Program-made: the position numbers and the translations under genes
Assembly: GCA_032718475.1 (NCBI GenBank)
Contig: JAUCBJ010000530.1
Location: 35,991 to 99,990 of the forward strand
From: Nemertoderma westbladi
Lineage: Eukaryota; Animalia; Xenacoelomorpha
Direction: 5' to 3'
Length of the DNA: 64,000 nt
Notes under the pieces: generated by a model
Told to the model about the DNA's origin: nothing
The model's input: the letters and a program-made list of their open reading frames with translations, nothing else
The model's database searches: none
In this document: piece by piece, positions 62,480-64,000 of the stretch
Layout: every line of letters begins with the position of its first letter
How positions within the stretch are numbered: position 1 is the first letter of the stretch

Positions 62480-64000
62480 GAGCAACAAGTTTCCCACGTG
62501 AGAGGGGTCCAGCAACAAGTTGCGAAATAAGTTTTGGAAACAAGTTGCAGACACAAGTTTCCCCCGTATAAGGAGTCCACCAACAAGTTTCCCATGCGTG
62601 AGGAGTCCAGCAACAAGTTTCTGTGTGTGAGGGGTCCTGCAACAAGTTTTCCGTGTGTGAGGAGTCCAACAACCAGTTTTCCGTGTGTGAGGAGTCCAAC
62701 AACAAGTTTTCCGTGTGTGAGGGGTCCAGCAACAAGTTTCTGTGCTTGATGAGTCCAGGAACAAGTTTTCCGTGTGTGAGGAGTCCTGCAACAAGTTTTC
62801 CGTGTGTGAGGAGTCCAACAACAAGTTTTCCATGTGTAAGGGGTCCAGCAACAAGTTTTTGTGCATGAGGAGTCCTGCAACAAGTTTTCCGTGTGTGAGG
62901 AGTCCAACAACCAGTTTTCCGTGTGTGAGGAGTCCAACAACAAGTTTTCCGTGTGTGAGGGGTCCAGCAACAAGTTTTCCGTGTGTGAGGGGTCCAGCAA
63001 CAAGTTTCCCGTGTGTGAGGAGTCCAGCAACAAGTTTTCCATGTGTGAGGGGTCCAGCAACAAGTTTTCCGTGTGTGAGGGGTCCAGCAACAAGTTTCCC
63101 GTGTGTGAGGAGTCCAGCAACAAGTTTTCCATGTGTGAGGGGTCCAGCAACAAGTTTTCCGTGTGTGAGGGGTCCAGCAACAAGTTTTCCATGTGTGAGG
63201 GGTCCAGCAACAAGTTTCCCGTGTGTGAGGAGTCCAGCAACAAGTTTTCCATGTGTGAGGGGTCCAGCAACAAGTTTTCCGTGTGTGAGGGGTTCAGCAA
63301 CAAGTTTCCCCTGTGTGAGGAGTCCAGCAACAAGTTTTCAATGTGTGAGGAGTCCAGCAACAAGTTTCTGTGCTTGATGAGTCCAGCAACAAGTTTTCCG
63401 TGTGTGAGGGGGTCCAGCAACAAGTTTCTGTGTGTGAGGGGGTCCAGCAACAAGTTTCCCGTGTGTGAGGAGTCCAGCAACAAGTTTTCCATGTGTGAGG
63501 GGTCCAGCAACAAGTTTTCCGTGTGTGAGGGGTCCAGCAACAAGTTTTCCATGTGTGAGGGGTCCAGCAACAAGTTTCCCGTGTGTGAGGAGTCCAGCAA
63601 CAAGTTTTCCATGTGTGAGGGGTCCAGCAACAAGTTTTCCGTGTGTGAGGGGTTCAGCAACAAGTTTCCCCTGTGTGAGGAGTCCAGCAACAAGTTTTCA
63701 ATGTGTGAGGGGGTCCAACAACAAGTTTCTGTGTGTGAGGGAGTCCAACAACAAGTTTTCTGTGTGTGAGAAATCCAACAACAAGTTTCTGTGTGTGAGG
63801 GGTCCAGCAACAAGTTTTCTGTCTGTGAGGAGTCCAGCAACAAGTTTTCTGTCTGTGAGGAGTCCAGCAATAAGTTTTCAGTGTGTGAGGAGTCCAGCAA
63901 CAAGTTTTCTGTGTGTGAGGGGGTCCAGCAACAAGTTTATGTGTGTGTGAGGGGGTCCTGCAACAAGTTTCTGTGTGTGAGGAGTCCAGCAACAAGTTTC
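62480..64000. repeat. 30-bp satellite (agcaacaagttttccgtgtgtgagg[g/a]gtcc), about 50 units, continuing past the window end
   Basis: Clear 30-bp period; source of the ENLLLDPSHT / ATSFPCVRGP ORFs. Confidence 0.97.

Larger units (their letters stand above)
60394..64000. mobile_element. Probable PIF/Harbinger-like non-autonomous element with nested insertions and an expanded internal satellite; runs off the window
   Basis: Starts aggccccactcacacgcagcaa, complementary to the terminus at 27241-27261; agcaacaagtt motifs throughout. Confidence 0.45.

Noticed and set aside
62433-63995. LRR-like ENLLLDPSHT or Cys-rich ORFs
   Set aside because: Translation of a 30-bp satellite that is open on both strands; no splice or domain context.

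Overview
AT-rich animal (probably aquatic invertebrate) genomic DNA. One large spliced gene spans nearly the whole window on the minus strand and is missed by the ORF track. Its order is: signal-peptide exon (59063-59093), four exons encoding a hemopexin-like propeller (53644-53763, 45990-46144, 44823-44985, 38633-38890), then 35 near-identical 126-bp phase-1/1 exons each encoding one calcium-binding EGF module (37474 down to 1372; one is split by a LINE). No stop exon was found, so the gene probably continues past the left edge. Its introns are packed with transposons: two copies of a Ulp1-protease-encoding HERO-like RLE retrotransposon at the same nucleotide of a palindromic intron site, a CRE-like element, a second HERO-like family, an intact GalEa-type Ty1/copia element with identical LTRs, hAT/MULE/RTE/CR1-L2 relics, MITEs, a 20-bp minisatellite and a 30-bp satellite. 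All calls come from reading the sequence by eye; no database search was run.
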